Below, piece by piece: positions 28,576 to 40,643 of a stretch of DNA of 64,000 nucleotides. Each line of letters opens with the position of its first letter. Position 1 is the first letter of the stretch. Source of the stretch: Octopus sinensis (taxonomy: Eukaryota); assembly GCF_006345805.1 (NCBI RefSeq), contig NC_042999.1, positions 174,096,001 to 174,160,000 of the forward strand, in the 5' to 3' direction. The notes beneath the pieces were generated by a model. It was not told where the DNA came from. It did no database searches and saw only the letters and a list, made by a program, of their open reading frames with translations. The translations under genes and the position numbers were made by a program.

Positions 28576-29966
28576 TACATGCATACATGCTTGCCGGAGT
28601 GTTTATGTAACTATGTTTAAATATGAAGAAATTTCAATGCTAGCTAATAATAAAATCTATTTCGATTGCCCCATTTTTTATTTGGTGCTTGGGTTTGCTG
28701 CGAATAGAATCGACTGCTTTGTTTTAGGTCTAAATAACGGAAATGTCCCAGGTAGCTTAAATGCCACTCACAGACAGAATTACAATTCAATAGAAATGTG
28801 CCAATGAAAAGATGCAGAAACCCGGCAAAACATCTTGAAATAGTAGGTTCGTCCATTTTCTTGTATATGTGTGCGTGTGTGTATGTGTGTGTGCGTATGT
28901 ATGTGTGTATGTGTGTGATTTAGTTAAACGTTTATGAATACAGTCCTCAGCTAGCACTAATCCACGGGGTACTACTGATTTTAAAGTGTAAGCCGCTTAA
29001 CTGTTTTCCTCCTTAAGAAAGTAGAAACTTCCTTCAGGATATGTTGTTGAGATAAATATTATATCGGGTGAAGGAAGTAGCAGCCTTTTTTCATACAAAT
29101 CGATGGCTATAATATATAAAATGTTTCAACTTTTTTTTAGGTAATAATATATTATACTTATTCGTAAAATAGATCAAATATATATACATTTTTATGTGTA
29201 CACAGTTACCTTTATTGCTACCTTTGATATATACATCATCTCAAACATAGCATGTAATTATATTTCTTATAGTAAGAGACGATAATTTAATGTTTTCGTA
29301 TGACTCTTAACTTTGATTCTAACTTATATATCCCTTGAGGTTTCCATTGCGCAGTTTGTATTATATACCCATACATCTTTAGCTGTGAGTTGTGAGCTAT
29401 GGAAAGTATTAACGAAAAAAATGCAATCATAGGAAATAAATTTTTATTCAGGCGAATCGTGAGTGGATTCAGAATTATTGTATGTTTTTAAGATTGTTGT
29501 CGAATTGAGTTAGTAAAGTTCTGAAGGCTGGTTTAAAAAAGAAAAATTAAATATTTGGAATTGTAGGCAAGTAGCAGTACTAGCTGAACTTTGGGTTTTG
29601 AATAACTGCTGATTGTCGCTGTTAAGAGATTCGTCGGGTGGCCGCTAGCGAACTGACTGCACAATTGATGACTTCTTGTCTGGTTTACTGACTCACAGAC
29701 TACAAAAGCTTGTGTGTGTATTTTGTTCCTTTTTTTTATAAGAATGTTGATGTGTGTGTTTTTTATTTTTTATAAGAATGTTTGGTGTATGTGTATTGGA
29801 GTGTATGGTAAATGACTTTGCAGACGTTGTTTACGAGCCGATATATTTTTCAGATATTATATTGAGATATCGACTCATTCTTAATATGATCTGGAAAATT
29901 TGAACGCGAAAATTTAATCGTTGTTGTGTTTTCGTTATCGGAGAACAGAAAACCTCTTCCCTTTAG

Positions 29967-30117
29967 ACGATGTGTATTCATGGCACACGCGAAGCACTGG
30001 AATAAAGAAATTTGAGATTCGGCAGTGTTTTAACCTTGTTTTTCTCCTCTGTCAAGAAATCTATCCCGCTGGATCAATGAATTTCACAAAAGTACGAACT
30101 TTTGTTTATAGAAATCA
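29967..30117 (+). CDS. Candidate 151-bp exon DVYSWHTRSTGIKKFEIRQCFNLVFLLCQEIYPAGSMNFTKVRTFVYRN
   Basis: cctcttccctttag| acceptor, |gtaagt donor, 49 codons open (phase 1 to 2); no homology recognised. Confidence 0.3.
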
Positions 30118-30399
30118 GTAAGTTGATTATTTGTTGATGGGTTCTGTTGCTCGCCAAACACAATAATTCAGAAGGGGCATGCAGAAAAACGAGAACCTAA
30201 ACAGTAATGTATCCATTCATTCTTAATACATTCAAGCCCTTGCATGCTGCTTTTCCAATGAACTTTGTGTTAAAGGATCCCTTTATTGTGATTTTTTAGT
30301 GCGAAACCAAGCGAAGATGAGGGAGCAGCGTAATCGAGGCACTTCTCTTTGTATTTTAAGTGGTTATCAGTAATATATTTTTCGTATGTTGTGATGGAC

Positions 30400-30800
30400 T
30401 CCTCGCGCATACACTAACTCCTACAGAACAGCAGTATTCAGGGTTAGTCTGTACAGTACTCGTCATCCAAACTCATCAGACCCAAGATGACATACGTAAG
30501 AAATGAGATCCACAGGATAAGCAGTAAATGCAGCGAAGCAGGAGACAAAGAGAACCAGCACCAAGCAATTCCGAAAAGTCCTTATAGAGAATGGCTATCC
30601 ATACTCTTTCACGACATCAAGAGACTACTCAAGAAAGCCCACACATCAAATGATAACATGCCAAACTTTAATGAGAAAACGACTGCTGCAATCCGTCTGG
30701 AGGGATTGATTATACGTTTGGCACTATCCGAACTCTCCCAAAGTGGTTCCGAATTAAAAACCAACACACAACAACGCTGATTAACTTTTCCTGAAGAAGG
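30400..30800 (+). mobile_element. Penelope-like RT C-terminal (thumb) remnant
   Basis: HP..YVRNEIHRISSKCSEAGDKE followed, after a frameshift, by RKVLIENGYPYS, matching the PLE HP..RI..CS..L..NGYP pattern. Confidence 0.6.
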
Positions 30801-31369
30801 GTTCTTACTACATCTTATTTCCTTTGTTTCGTTTTTCTTGCAACTCATTCTTTTGACTTTTCAAATACAAAAAGATTACAATGTGTATGTTCTGATAGCG
30901 AAGATAGTTTTAATAATTCAAGAAAGAATTTATATTGTATGTTACTAATATATACTTTTATTCGTCTTTAATGCTCAAACCATGCCACTAACCGCTCTGA
31001 CCTATTTCTCTACTCCTTTTGCACATATCTAAGTATTCTGCTTGCTAGAGACCGGGTGGAACAATTACTGTCTTGATGAGGCCTACTGATTCAGCGGCAC
31101 GTCTATGGCAGACCCAGTATCTCTAGACAATCAAATTGCATTTCCCTTAATGGCATATCCATTTTGGTCATTCAATAAAATTATCTCCCCTTTTCATTTG
31201 AAGCTGGTACTGATACCATCAAGCTATTGTACAACCCTCTCTAATGGCGGAGTTCATTTCAGAAAGTCAATACTTAATTAATATACCCTCAGTCGTCTTT
31301 GATGTTCAATTATTTGCGAGTAGCCACTTTTAATGATTTATATTAGCTCCTTTGTGTTTTATTATGGTT

Positions 31370-31380
31370 TGTGTGTGTGT

Positions 31381-31466
<86 letters not shown>
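31370..31466. repeat. (TG)n microsatellite
   Basis: Direct inspection. Confidence 0.95.
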
Positions 31467-31467
<1 letters not shown>

Positions 31468-32489
31468 CAATTTCACATTAATACGTTTTTCTTCTTTAGT
31501 CCAAGGAGATTTGACTGTTGATATAAGGTCAAAGAAAATAAGGAAAGGATCTCAGAAGTATTTAAAACTTTGCAATCCTAGGGAATACGGATGGAGGAGT
31601 AATTAGCGTGAAGTTTTGTTTATGAGACCGTGAGAAGATGAGGCGGGGAATAGAAAGATATTTTAGTAGGTTTTGACATTGAATCAATTCATTTGATACG
31701 CTAATTGTGCAGTCTACACCGTTAAATCATTTATTATTAACATCCTGATTAAATGAGAATGCAGAGTTTTGACTACAACGAAGCTGACTATACTTTATCT
31801 ATGTCAAAATTGATTAACTGATTTACGACTCATTTATAGATTTATTCCATGACGTTCCAGCCGTGACTATCCTTTCATTTCTTCTGGTGCAGCTTATCTA
31901 AGACCACATTGATAAAAGATTCTTGTGACAGATATGTACACACATTTTAGCATGTCGGAAGACGAGAGACCGGGTAATGACTCTCTGAGTGTATTAATGC
32001 AAAACACCTATAGAACAAAGTTATATTTACACAAAATGCTGGTGAGAATTAAGAGTGTTTCTGTATAAAACTTTTACTGATAATTAGTCTTAGCAAGATA
32101 TATTTTTATGACAGAAAACAAGATTATAAATACTTTTAATATCACTTCTGTTAACCGACATAAAATATTAAAACATAGCAGACAAAATTTCTCAAGTATA
32201 TTACATTTGTATAAAATCATTTCTGCTGATTTCATGGGGGAAAAAAAACTTGAATTACAGTTTGATATCATATTTAAAAAGAAAATACAGAGACAGATTC
32301 ATGAACTTAAATACATTGAGAAGCTTTCTTTTATTTCTTTCCTTTATTACAATGATTCACACGCACAGATAAGTATCAGCCATACTGTCTAGACATATCT
32401 TTTTGGAATGAAAATATTCTTGGATAAAATGGAATTGCTAACTATATATATATATATATATAATATATAATATAATATAATATAAAATA

Positions 32490-32531
<42 letters not shown>

Positions 32532-32626
32532 ATATATATATATGTATATGTATATGTATATGTGTATATATATATATTATATATTTATATATATTATATA
32601 TGTGCACACATCTCTCTCTTTCTCTA

Positions 32627-32722
<96 letters not shown>

Positions 32723-34249
32723 TATTTGTTTCGTCCTGTGCATTTGAGTTGTTAAAAAAATTATTTCTTTTTATAGGCGAACCACAATCAAATACACATG
32801 CTTGACATTGCAATGTATTCTTTATTTTAAGCACCCATTTCAACTTAAATAACTTCTTTTGTTTAAATATCGAATGGAAATGAAATGAATATTCAATACA
32901 CGCACACAGATAGCCAGCTACATATGTATGTATATATTCATGCAGCAATGTGTGTATGATATAAGTTTTGATGTTTATCTTGAGACCAAATTTCTTTAAG
33001 CACATATCGTTAACCAGCATGCTGTCGTCTGCATACAGTATTTCTTTAACAACGATCTGGGTATTTCTCACTTTTGCTCAAAATTTTGCGTCGCTAAAGA
33101 GGTAGTGTATGTGTGTGGATGTATGTTTGTTTGTGTGCGTGTGTGTGTGTGTGTGTGTGTATGTGGTGTATACTTATCTGCGTATGTATCTTTTATCTTT
33201 TACATGTTTCGAAGAATTTTATATGAACGAATCGACCCCAGCACTTACTTTGTTTGAGCCTGGTACTGTCAATGCATCGAGTGGCAAAAGTAATATTTAA
33301 AAAACTTCATACAGCGTTGGCAAAAATTGGCGGTATTCCATCCTGCTGAAACTATGTGCGAGCTCTTTATTCGGTAGATAAATCACTTATTAGAGGCATC
33401 AAAAAAGATTTGAGCATTCGTAAATATGTCACAATTCACTGTACTGTCGAACAAGTAGGATCCAATTATTCTTTCACTTCTCGTGCCAGCCCACACCGTA
33501 ACCCAAGGGTTGTACAGAGAATTGTTGTAATCTATCCAACATGGACTGGCATCTGACCAATACTGGGCATTATGCCTGTTCGTCTATCCCGTACGATGAA
33601 AGATACCTACATCCAAAGAGATAATGTTTTTAATAAATTGTTGGGTTTTAGAAAAGATCCCATCACAGAATCCCATTCGTCCCATCGTCATGTAACTTCT
33701 GAACAAAATGGATTTTATACGGGTGGAAAACATGCATTTTTTAAATACGCTGAACTGAACACATGTTGACACTAGTTTCTTGAGATAGTTTTCTTGACTT
33801 TATTGGACTCCGTTGAATATGAGTAAGTACATGCGTTATGGTTACTTCATCTTTTGTTGTTCCTGGTCTATCCCTACGTTCTCGATTATGGGTTAAAGCT
33901 AAACAGTACTATCCTTCTCTCTGAAACTGTACATTCTTTATTTGGAATATCTCCTGAAAGGATAACTCGTCGGTTGTTCCATCTGTTTGTGTACTGGTTT
34001 TACGCCCTTTTATATACTAAAAACCTTAACTGAAATTTTTTTATATACCCAGGCCTATTCTCCATTTTTTAGGAGTGGGTAGCCACAAGACACACCAGGC
34101 ATTTCATTCACTTCCCAGCTCAAAGAAGCGAACCTCGTTCTATGTTCGGGTCAAGGCATAGAACGCAAACCTCAATATCAGCAGCGGAGCCCGACAACAC
34201 ATACTGATTTATCCCCCCCCCACCACCACCACCACTGCCGCATCATGCT

Positions 34250-36040
34250 GGTTCCGTACCCCTTTGAGCAACATCAAATTCATTCATTCGTCCTAAAACT
34301 CTCCAAGCTTTCCTACATTTATGAACACCCTTGCCTCTCTCACTCCAACACCTCTAACCACCAAAGCTTTCCTCACTCAGACATCTCATATGAAACACAC
34401 CTAGTCGCCTCCTTTCTGCCTCTCTCAGCCCCAATGTCAGCACAATCATGCCCCCATACACACCTCTTTTCGCTTTCACACTCAATCTTCTTCCTCTCAG
34501 CATACCTTTCACCACTCCGTGTATTTTACTCCCCTCCCTCACTCTGTATCCCACCTCCTCAGCCAACCCCCATGCGCCGATACGTATGTGATCCCAGATA
34601 CTTAAAAACACTCACCTCATCTAACATCTCACCTTTCATACTCACATTCATCCTACTAGCAATTCCATCTCTTGAACATCTCATCACCTTACTTTTAGCT
34701 ACATTCACTTTCAGTTTCCTCCTCTCACACACTTTTCCAAACTGTATCACCAGTCTCCTCAGCTGTTCTTCCGAATCCGCCACCAGTGCTGTGTCATCAG
34801 AAAACAGCAACTGACTCACCTGTCATTTCTCTCCATGTTCTCCTACCATTTGGGCTCCCCTACCAAAAGTTCTAGCATTTACCTCTCTCACCACGCCATT
34901 CATATATAAATTAACAGCCATGGAGACATCACACAATCTTGTCTTGCCCTCACATTCACATCAAATCACTCACTTACTTCACCACAAACCCTAACGCACA
35001 TCCTGATTTTTCTATAAAAACTGAACAGCTCTCAATCTAACATCTACTCCATCCAACCGCAACACCTGCCACATTGCATCCCTATCCACTCGGTCATATG
35101 CCTTCTCTAGGTCCATAAAGGCCTAATACACCTCCCTCTCTTTTGCCAAGAACTTCTCACACATCCGCCTTACTACAAATATATGATCTGCACACCCCCT
35201 TCCACTCCTAAAAGCACACTGCTCCTCCACCAGTACACTCTCTGTCTTGTTCCTCATACTAAGAACCAGAATTCTCTCATACAGTTTACCAGCCACCCAC
35301 AACAGACTTATACCCCTAAACTTTCCACACTCACATTTATCCCCTTTACCTTTGTACAGTGGCACTATACAGGCAATGCACTAGTACTCTTCCAGCCATA
35401 TAACAAAACATTCATAAGTCTCACTTACCATTCAATCACTGTCACTCCTCCTTTCTTTAGGCATTCCACTGTACACACATCTATACCTGGCGCCTTCCGG
35501 TTTGCCATCTTCCTCAAGGATTCCCTCACCTCCGCTCTTCCAGTTGCACCGTAGTTCCCTAACAACGGGCATTCTCCTCTCTCCTCCTATAATTACTATA
35601 CTTGCTTCCCTATCATTCTCCACATTTAACAGCTCACTAAAACACCCTACCCATCTCCTTTGTACATCCTCACTTCCTTTCAGCAAATTTGCATTTACAT
35701 CTAAAACCCTTCCTTCCCTTCCTCCAAACACCCTTCTTACCCTCTGTACCCCTTCCCAAAACATCTTTTTATTTCTTACAAAATTTTCATTCGACTTTTT
35801 CCCAAACCTTTAATTTGCCTCCCATTTCGCCACTCTCACCACTCTCTTTACTTTCCTCTTCACTTCTCTGTAGCGATCATAAGCCTCTCCATCCTCTTTC
35901 TGCTGCCACTCTTCAAAGGACCTTTTTTTCTCTGCCACCGCACCCCTTACCTGTTCATTCCACCACTCACTACCCTTCCTCACACCCATTCCAACCACTC
36001 GTGTGTCACTTACCTCAGCGCGCATCTCACTGTTCTGAGT
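34250..36040 (-). mobile_element. 5'-truncated RTE-clade LINE, degenerate RT
   Basis: PLYKGKGDKCECGKFRGISLL..EEQCAFRSGRGCADHIFVVR (35123-35365); SQLLFSDDTALVADSEEQLRRLV..LKVNVAKSKVM..FKYLGS (34559-34819). Confidence 0.9.
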
Positions 36041-36069
36041 AAAACTATAAACTACATTCGGAAGTAGGA

Positions 36070-36310
36070 CACTGGGGCCCTGATTTCAGGGTTTGAGGAG
36101 TGTGGAACTACCTCTTAGCCACTATTGTTCCCAGGTGTACTCTGGCCCGGAGTGGCAGTGTAAGCGTCCCAGCTATGGGTTAGCTAGTAAACCCCACTGC
36201 GTCTGGGGGAATCGGTAGAATGCAGCCACTGTATTCCCTGTTTGGCGTAAGAGGCGACTAAAAGGAGTGGGAGCGAGGGAACTGGGAATCCTTTCCTTCT
36301 AGCAAATCCA
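36070..36310 (+). repeat. GC-richer repeat fragment, possibly a LINE 5' UTR piece
   Basis: ttcccaggtgtactctggcccggagtggcag...ccctgtttggcgtaagaggcgactaaaagg; shares GGCGACTAAA with the 5' region of the LINE at 2335. Confidence 0.4.
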
Positions 36311-36439
36311 TACTCCTAAAAAGACAGCAAGAAAAAGAACTGAAATATGAAAATACAAATATTCATACAGCGAAATTAACAAAAGGACAAAAAAAAAGAA
36401 GTCAATTTGGATAAAGGGATAGAGGACGTAGCTAACTTC

Positions 36440-36900
36440 ACTTTAAAATTTCTCAAAATGAACCCTATTTGTAGGCTTATAAGCTCAGCGGAAGCGGAAA
36501 TATGATTAATAAGTACAAAGACCTTGAGAAATATACAAAACTAGAATTAAGAGTCAAACTAGATCCATTTATTGTTAATACAGGTGACTTATACCATTGA
36601 TAATATATTTTATTTACGGCCAAATTTAATCCGTTCCATATCGTATCATTCCTACCTCTGATGTCTAGATCTGTACTAGATACGGTCCTGGATTTCGCCA
36701 AAGGATTTGTTTGCAGACTTGAAATAAAACAAGAAATTAATACACATGTATATAAATAGTGAAAAGTAAACAGTATCAACAAGCTTATTCATCATTAGTA
36801 TGAGTTCATATAACAACGTGGATATATGCAACCTAATTGGTCTGCTATATACTGATCGTTATTCGGGCATCCAAGTAGGGCTTGTAACTCTAAATTTAAA
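36440..36900 (+). mobile_element. Penelope-like RT remnant
   Basis: FHIVSFLPLMSRSVLDTVLDFAKGF..INTHVYK and SLFIISMSSYNNVDICNLIGLL resemble PLE RT motifs FDI..FYPS...ALxFAK and FDVTMGSYDGAEICELIGL. Confidence 0.65.
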
Positions 36901-37399
36901 AATAAAATCATTCAACGTATAAGTTAAATCAAGGCAATGTATTCTTGTTAGACACTTATTAACATAAATAAATGTTTTTCAATTATAAAAATTTTCAATT
37001 TATTGATAACGTATGCTTGACTACATTTGATATTAATTTTATGATTACAAAGAACAGCTCCAAGCGAAAAAGTCTGCAATCACATTCTTCCGCATGAATG
37101 CATATATGCATGGATGTAGTGTGTGTGTGTATGTATATGCATTATGTTTGCATATATGCGCATACACATACATACATGTGTGTGTGAGTTCTAAGATATA
37201 GCATCACTGTAACTACCAATCTCAATAACGTGATTCTTAGATATATTGTTAAGTTTAGAATCTAATGCTTACAACCCTCCCTAATCAGCATCCATGATGT
37301 AAATGTTACAGACCTGATCAGTAATATTTGTAGAAATGTTTCTAATCTTTCATTCATTAAAGAAATGTTTAATAATGTGTCCTTCTAATGCAACCAAGA

Positions 37400-37602
37400 T
37401 ACATACATACACACACACACAAACACACACATACATATATACATACATACACACGCATACATACATACATACATACATACATACATACATACATACATAC
37501 ATACATACATACATGCCTGCATGCATGCATGCATACATACATACATACATACATACATACATACATACATACATACATACATACATACATACATACATAC
37601 AT
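37400..37602. repeat. (TACA)n compound microsatellite
   Basis: Direct inspection. Confidence 0.95.
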
Positions 37603-37751
37603 GCTGTCATGGCTATATGGTTAAGGAATTCGATTTGCACTAACGAGTTCAATCCCTATACCTTAGTTAAAGATTCGATTGAACAATACCACCATGAGAT
37701 TGAAACTTGATAGAGACAAAACATAGTGAAGAAAGAGAGAGAGAGAGAGAG

Positions 37752-37779
<28 letters not shown>

Positions 37780-37786
<7 letters not shown>

Positions 37787-38990
37787 GATTATAACGGCTG
37801 TATTTTTCAACTGATTTTCTCCAAACTAGGGACATACATTACTTATGTTCCAGAGATGGTTTTAGACTCTGAAAAGTTTTCACATAGTGAGTAACTGGCC
37901 CCCTAGGAGCAGAAAACACCTGTTCCTATGAGATTCACGTTTTGAAAGTTTTTTTTAATATTTACTCCCGGTTTTCTACCGGCAGTGACGACTATATCTC
38001 TTTATCTATATCTCTCTATCCATCTCTATCTCTATATCTATCTCTCTGTATCTATCTGTCTATAACTTATCTATCTATATCTATCTTATTTGTCTACCTA
38101 AGTAGCTAGCTCTCTCCCTCTCTATCGTTTTCACTTTCATTTTTCAGACGCTATTGTTTCCACGGTAAGTTTTTCAATCGCTATTTACAAAAAACAACGA
38201 CAAATTACTGGCAGAAAGATGTTCACAATTACTGATGAAAGTAATTTCATACATAACTTACTGACAGAAGTAACTTCATAAATTTCACCTCAATCTGTAC
38301 ATTTCGTTAAATTTGCCAACAAATTTCTTATTTACTTTTGCAACGTTTTGTGTTTCTCTTTTGTTTGTTTTTGTTTTTTATGATGGAATTACTGGTGAAA
38401 GTAAGTTCATAATTTACTGACAGAAGTAACTTCAAAAACTTCACTTAAATATGCACACTTAGTTAATTTCCGTAAAAAATTCTTATTTACTTTTGCAACA
38501 GTTTTGTGTTTTTCTGTTGATAACGGCTTTTTTCCTGGTTCCTTCGATACTGGTTCTTTGGTTCACTGACAAATTTCGCTTCAACGTGTACAATTATTTA
38601 TTTTCCGTAAAAATTTTATTTACTTTCTGTCCGTTGTAGTAAGAAATATAGTGTCCGTTATCCAGTTATTTTCATTGTTTTCTATCTTCTGCACACGTAT
38701 ATTTCTGTATACGTATATAACCATTCCTAGGAGGAAAGTGTCAAATTTGACTACAATGTCAAGGTCAGCCAAAAGAATGTCTCTCTCCGGGGAAAGAGAA
38801 GTAGCTGCAGAAAGGGAAGCATACCAAGAAACGAACCGACTGCGCACTACAAAAGCTAGAACATCTCCAATAGATGAACAGACGTATGCACGGCTGACAA
38901 GGAATAGGATCTCCACTGCAGATCTTCTATTCAATTTTAAGTCTTATATAAGTCTTATATGAAGTCTTATATAAATTTTTTTATGTATTG
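37780..38990 (+). mobile_element. Helitron/Helentron-derived fragment with an N-terminal charged-repeat ORF piece
   Basis: ORF 38651-38962 SGEREVAAEREAYQETNRLRTTKARTSPIDEQTYARLTRNRIST resembles Helitron RepHel N-terminal repeats; internal duplication of about 165 bp; no helicase motifs seen. Confidence 0.45.
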
Positions 38991-39039
38991 GATTAAGTCT
39001 TTCTTTGTTTGATTTGCATAATAGTGATTTTGTCTCTAA

Positions 39040-39097
<58 letters not shown>

Positions 39098-39100
39098 TAC

Positions 39101-39140
<40 letters not shown>

Positions 39141-39141
39141 C

Positions 39142-39172
<31 letters not shown>

Positions 39173-39289
39173 ATATATATATTATATTATATATATATAT
39201 ATATATATATATGATATATATATATATACAATATATATATATATTATATATATATATATATGTTTACCATAAGAGAGAAGAACTTTTCC

Positions 39290-39560
39290 ATGGCAACTTC
39301 TGTGAATTTGCCTTTAGAAATTAAAATATGTCATAAATATATTCTAACTAACCTAGAATTCGTTTAATCTTCATGAATACCCTCTTCGGTATTTCCCGCT
39401 GAGAAAGGCTAAAGAGGAAGCAGTTGGCAGATGTGGTGTTTTTCCCTTTTTACAATACGAAGGAATTTTTCGCTACAGTAGCTGCAGTCAATTTACCTTT
39501 CAAAGTTAAAATGTTACAAACATATTTTAACTAACCTAAAGCTCGTTTATTCTTCATCAC
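39290..39560 (-). repeat. Unclassified dispersed repeat, homologous (inverted) to 52800-53170
   Basis: The reverse complement ctctttagcctttctcagcgggaaataccgaagagg matches ctctttagccttcctcaatgagaaataccgaagagg (about 52950-52986); repeated tagg(t/c)tagttaaaatat motif. Confidence 0.6.
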
Positions 39561-39710
39561 TACTTGACGCTGACGTTGCTATATATATATATATATATAT
39601 AATTAACGCAACCAAACTTCCACATGTTACTTTTGACAATCTTTTTCCAAAGAGTGAAACCGGTAAAGTAAATAAACATCTTTTAAATTGCATTTTCAAA
39701 CCTCCTTTCG

Positions 39711-39840
<130 letters not shown>

Positions 39841-39863
39841 GTATAATATATATATATATATAT

Positions 39864-39900
<37 letters not shown>

Positions 39901-39924
39901 GTATATATATATATATGTATATAT

Positions 39925-40603
39925 AAATATGGGTGAGAGACATATCTTGCAAAACCTGAAACCTGCAGGTACCACATATCCATTTTCCGGGTGTTTCATC
40001 TTTCAGATGTTCTCCCTGGAGGTAAGACGGTTTTTTTTTTCTCTGTTTTGTTGCACACACGCATTTTTACTAATACATACGCGGTGAAGCTACACTTTAG
40101 CGTCGTATTTTTACGTTCGCTATTTCCAGTAAATATCGGTACTTTGTTGTGCCATTTATTTAGTAATTTGTGTATTTTTCCCTCACGGGCTACTTTTTAC
40201 TGGAAGGCAATACTTTGTATTGCATTACTGATATTTTGAAACTTCTTCACCGTTTCTCGTACTGTTAGCGTTCCGTATTTCAGTCGAGTGTGTTAGTATT
40301 TATGTGGTAACATCGTAGTTTCGTCTTGGTATATGTTTGGCTGAAGAAGGTAAAGCAAATATGGGTGAGAGACATATCTTGCAAAACCTGAAACCTGCAG
40401 GTACCACATTATCCATTTTCCGGGTGTTTCATCTTTCAGATGTTCTCCCTGGAGGTAAGACGGTTTTTTTTTCTCTGTTTTGTTGCACACACGCATTTTT
40501 ACTAATACATACGCGGTGAAGCTACACTTTAGCGTCGTATTTTTACGTTCGCTATTTCCAGTAAATATCGGTACTTTGTTGTGCCATTTATTTACTAATT
40601 TGT

Positions 40604-40605
<2 letters not shown>
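39925..40605 (+). mobile_element. 1.6 tandem copies of a 432-nt HHR- and intron-bearing unit (PLE pLTR / retrozyme-like) embedded in (TA)n
   Basis: Direct repeat 39925-40173 / 40357-40605, offset 432, three differences by eye; (TA)n on both flanks. Confidence 0.85.
40328..40414 (+). ncRNA. Type-I hammerhead ribozyme, apparently intact core
   Basis: tgg CTGAAGA (40341-47) AGGT..ACCT helix II (extended by gcaa/ttgc and atatg/catat) GAAAC (40390-94) CTGCAG GTA (40401-03) cca; palindrome ACCTGCAGGT; predicted cleavage after 40403. Confidence 0.75.

Positions 40606-40643
<38 letters not shown>

Noticed and set aside
39925-40605. Direct repeats as a CRISPR array or LTR retrotransposon
   Set aside because: Only two long repeats, no spacer series, no TG..CA termini, no PBS/PPT and no gag/pol; eukaryotic context.
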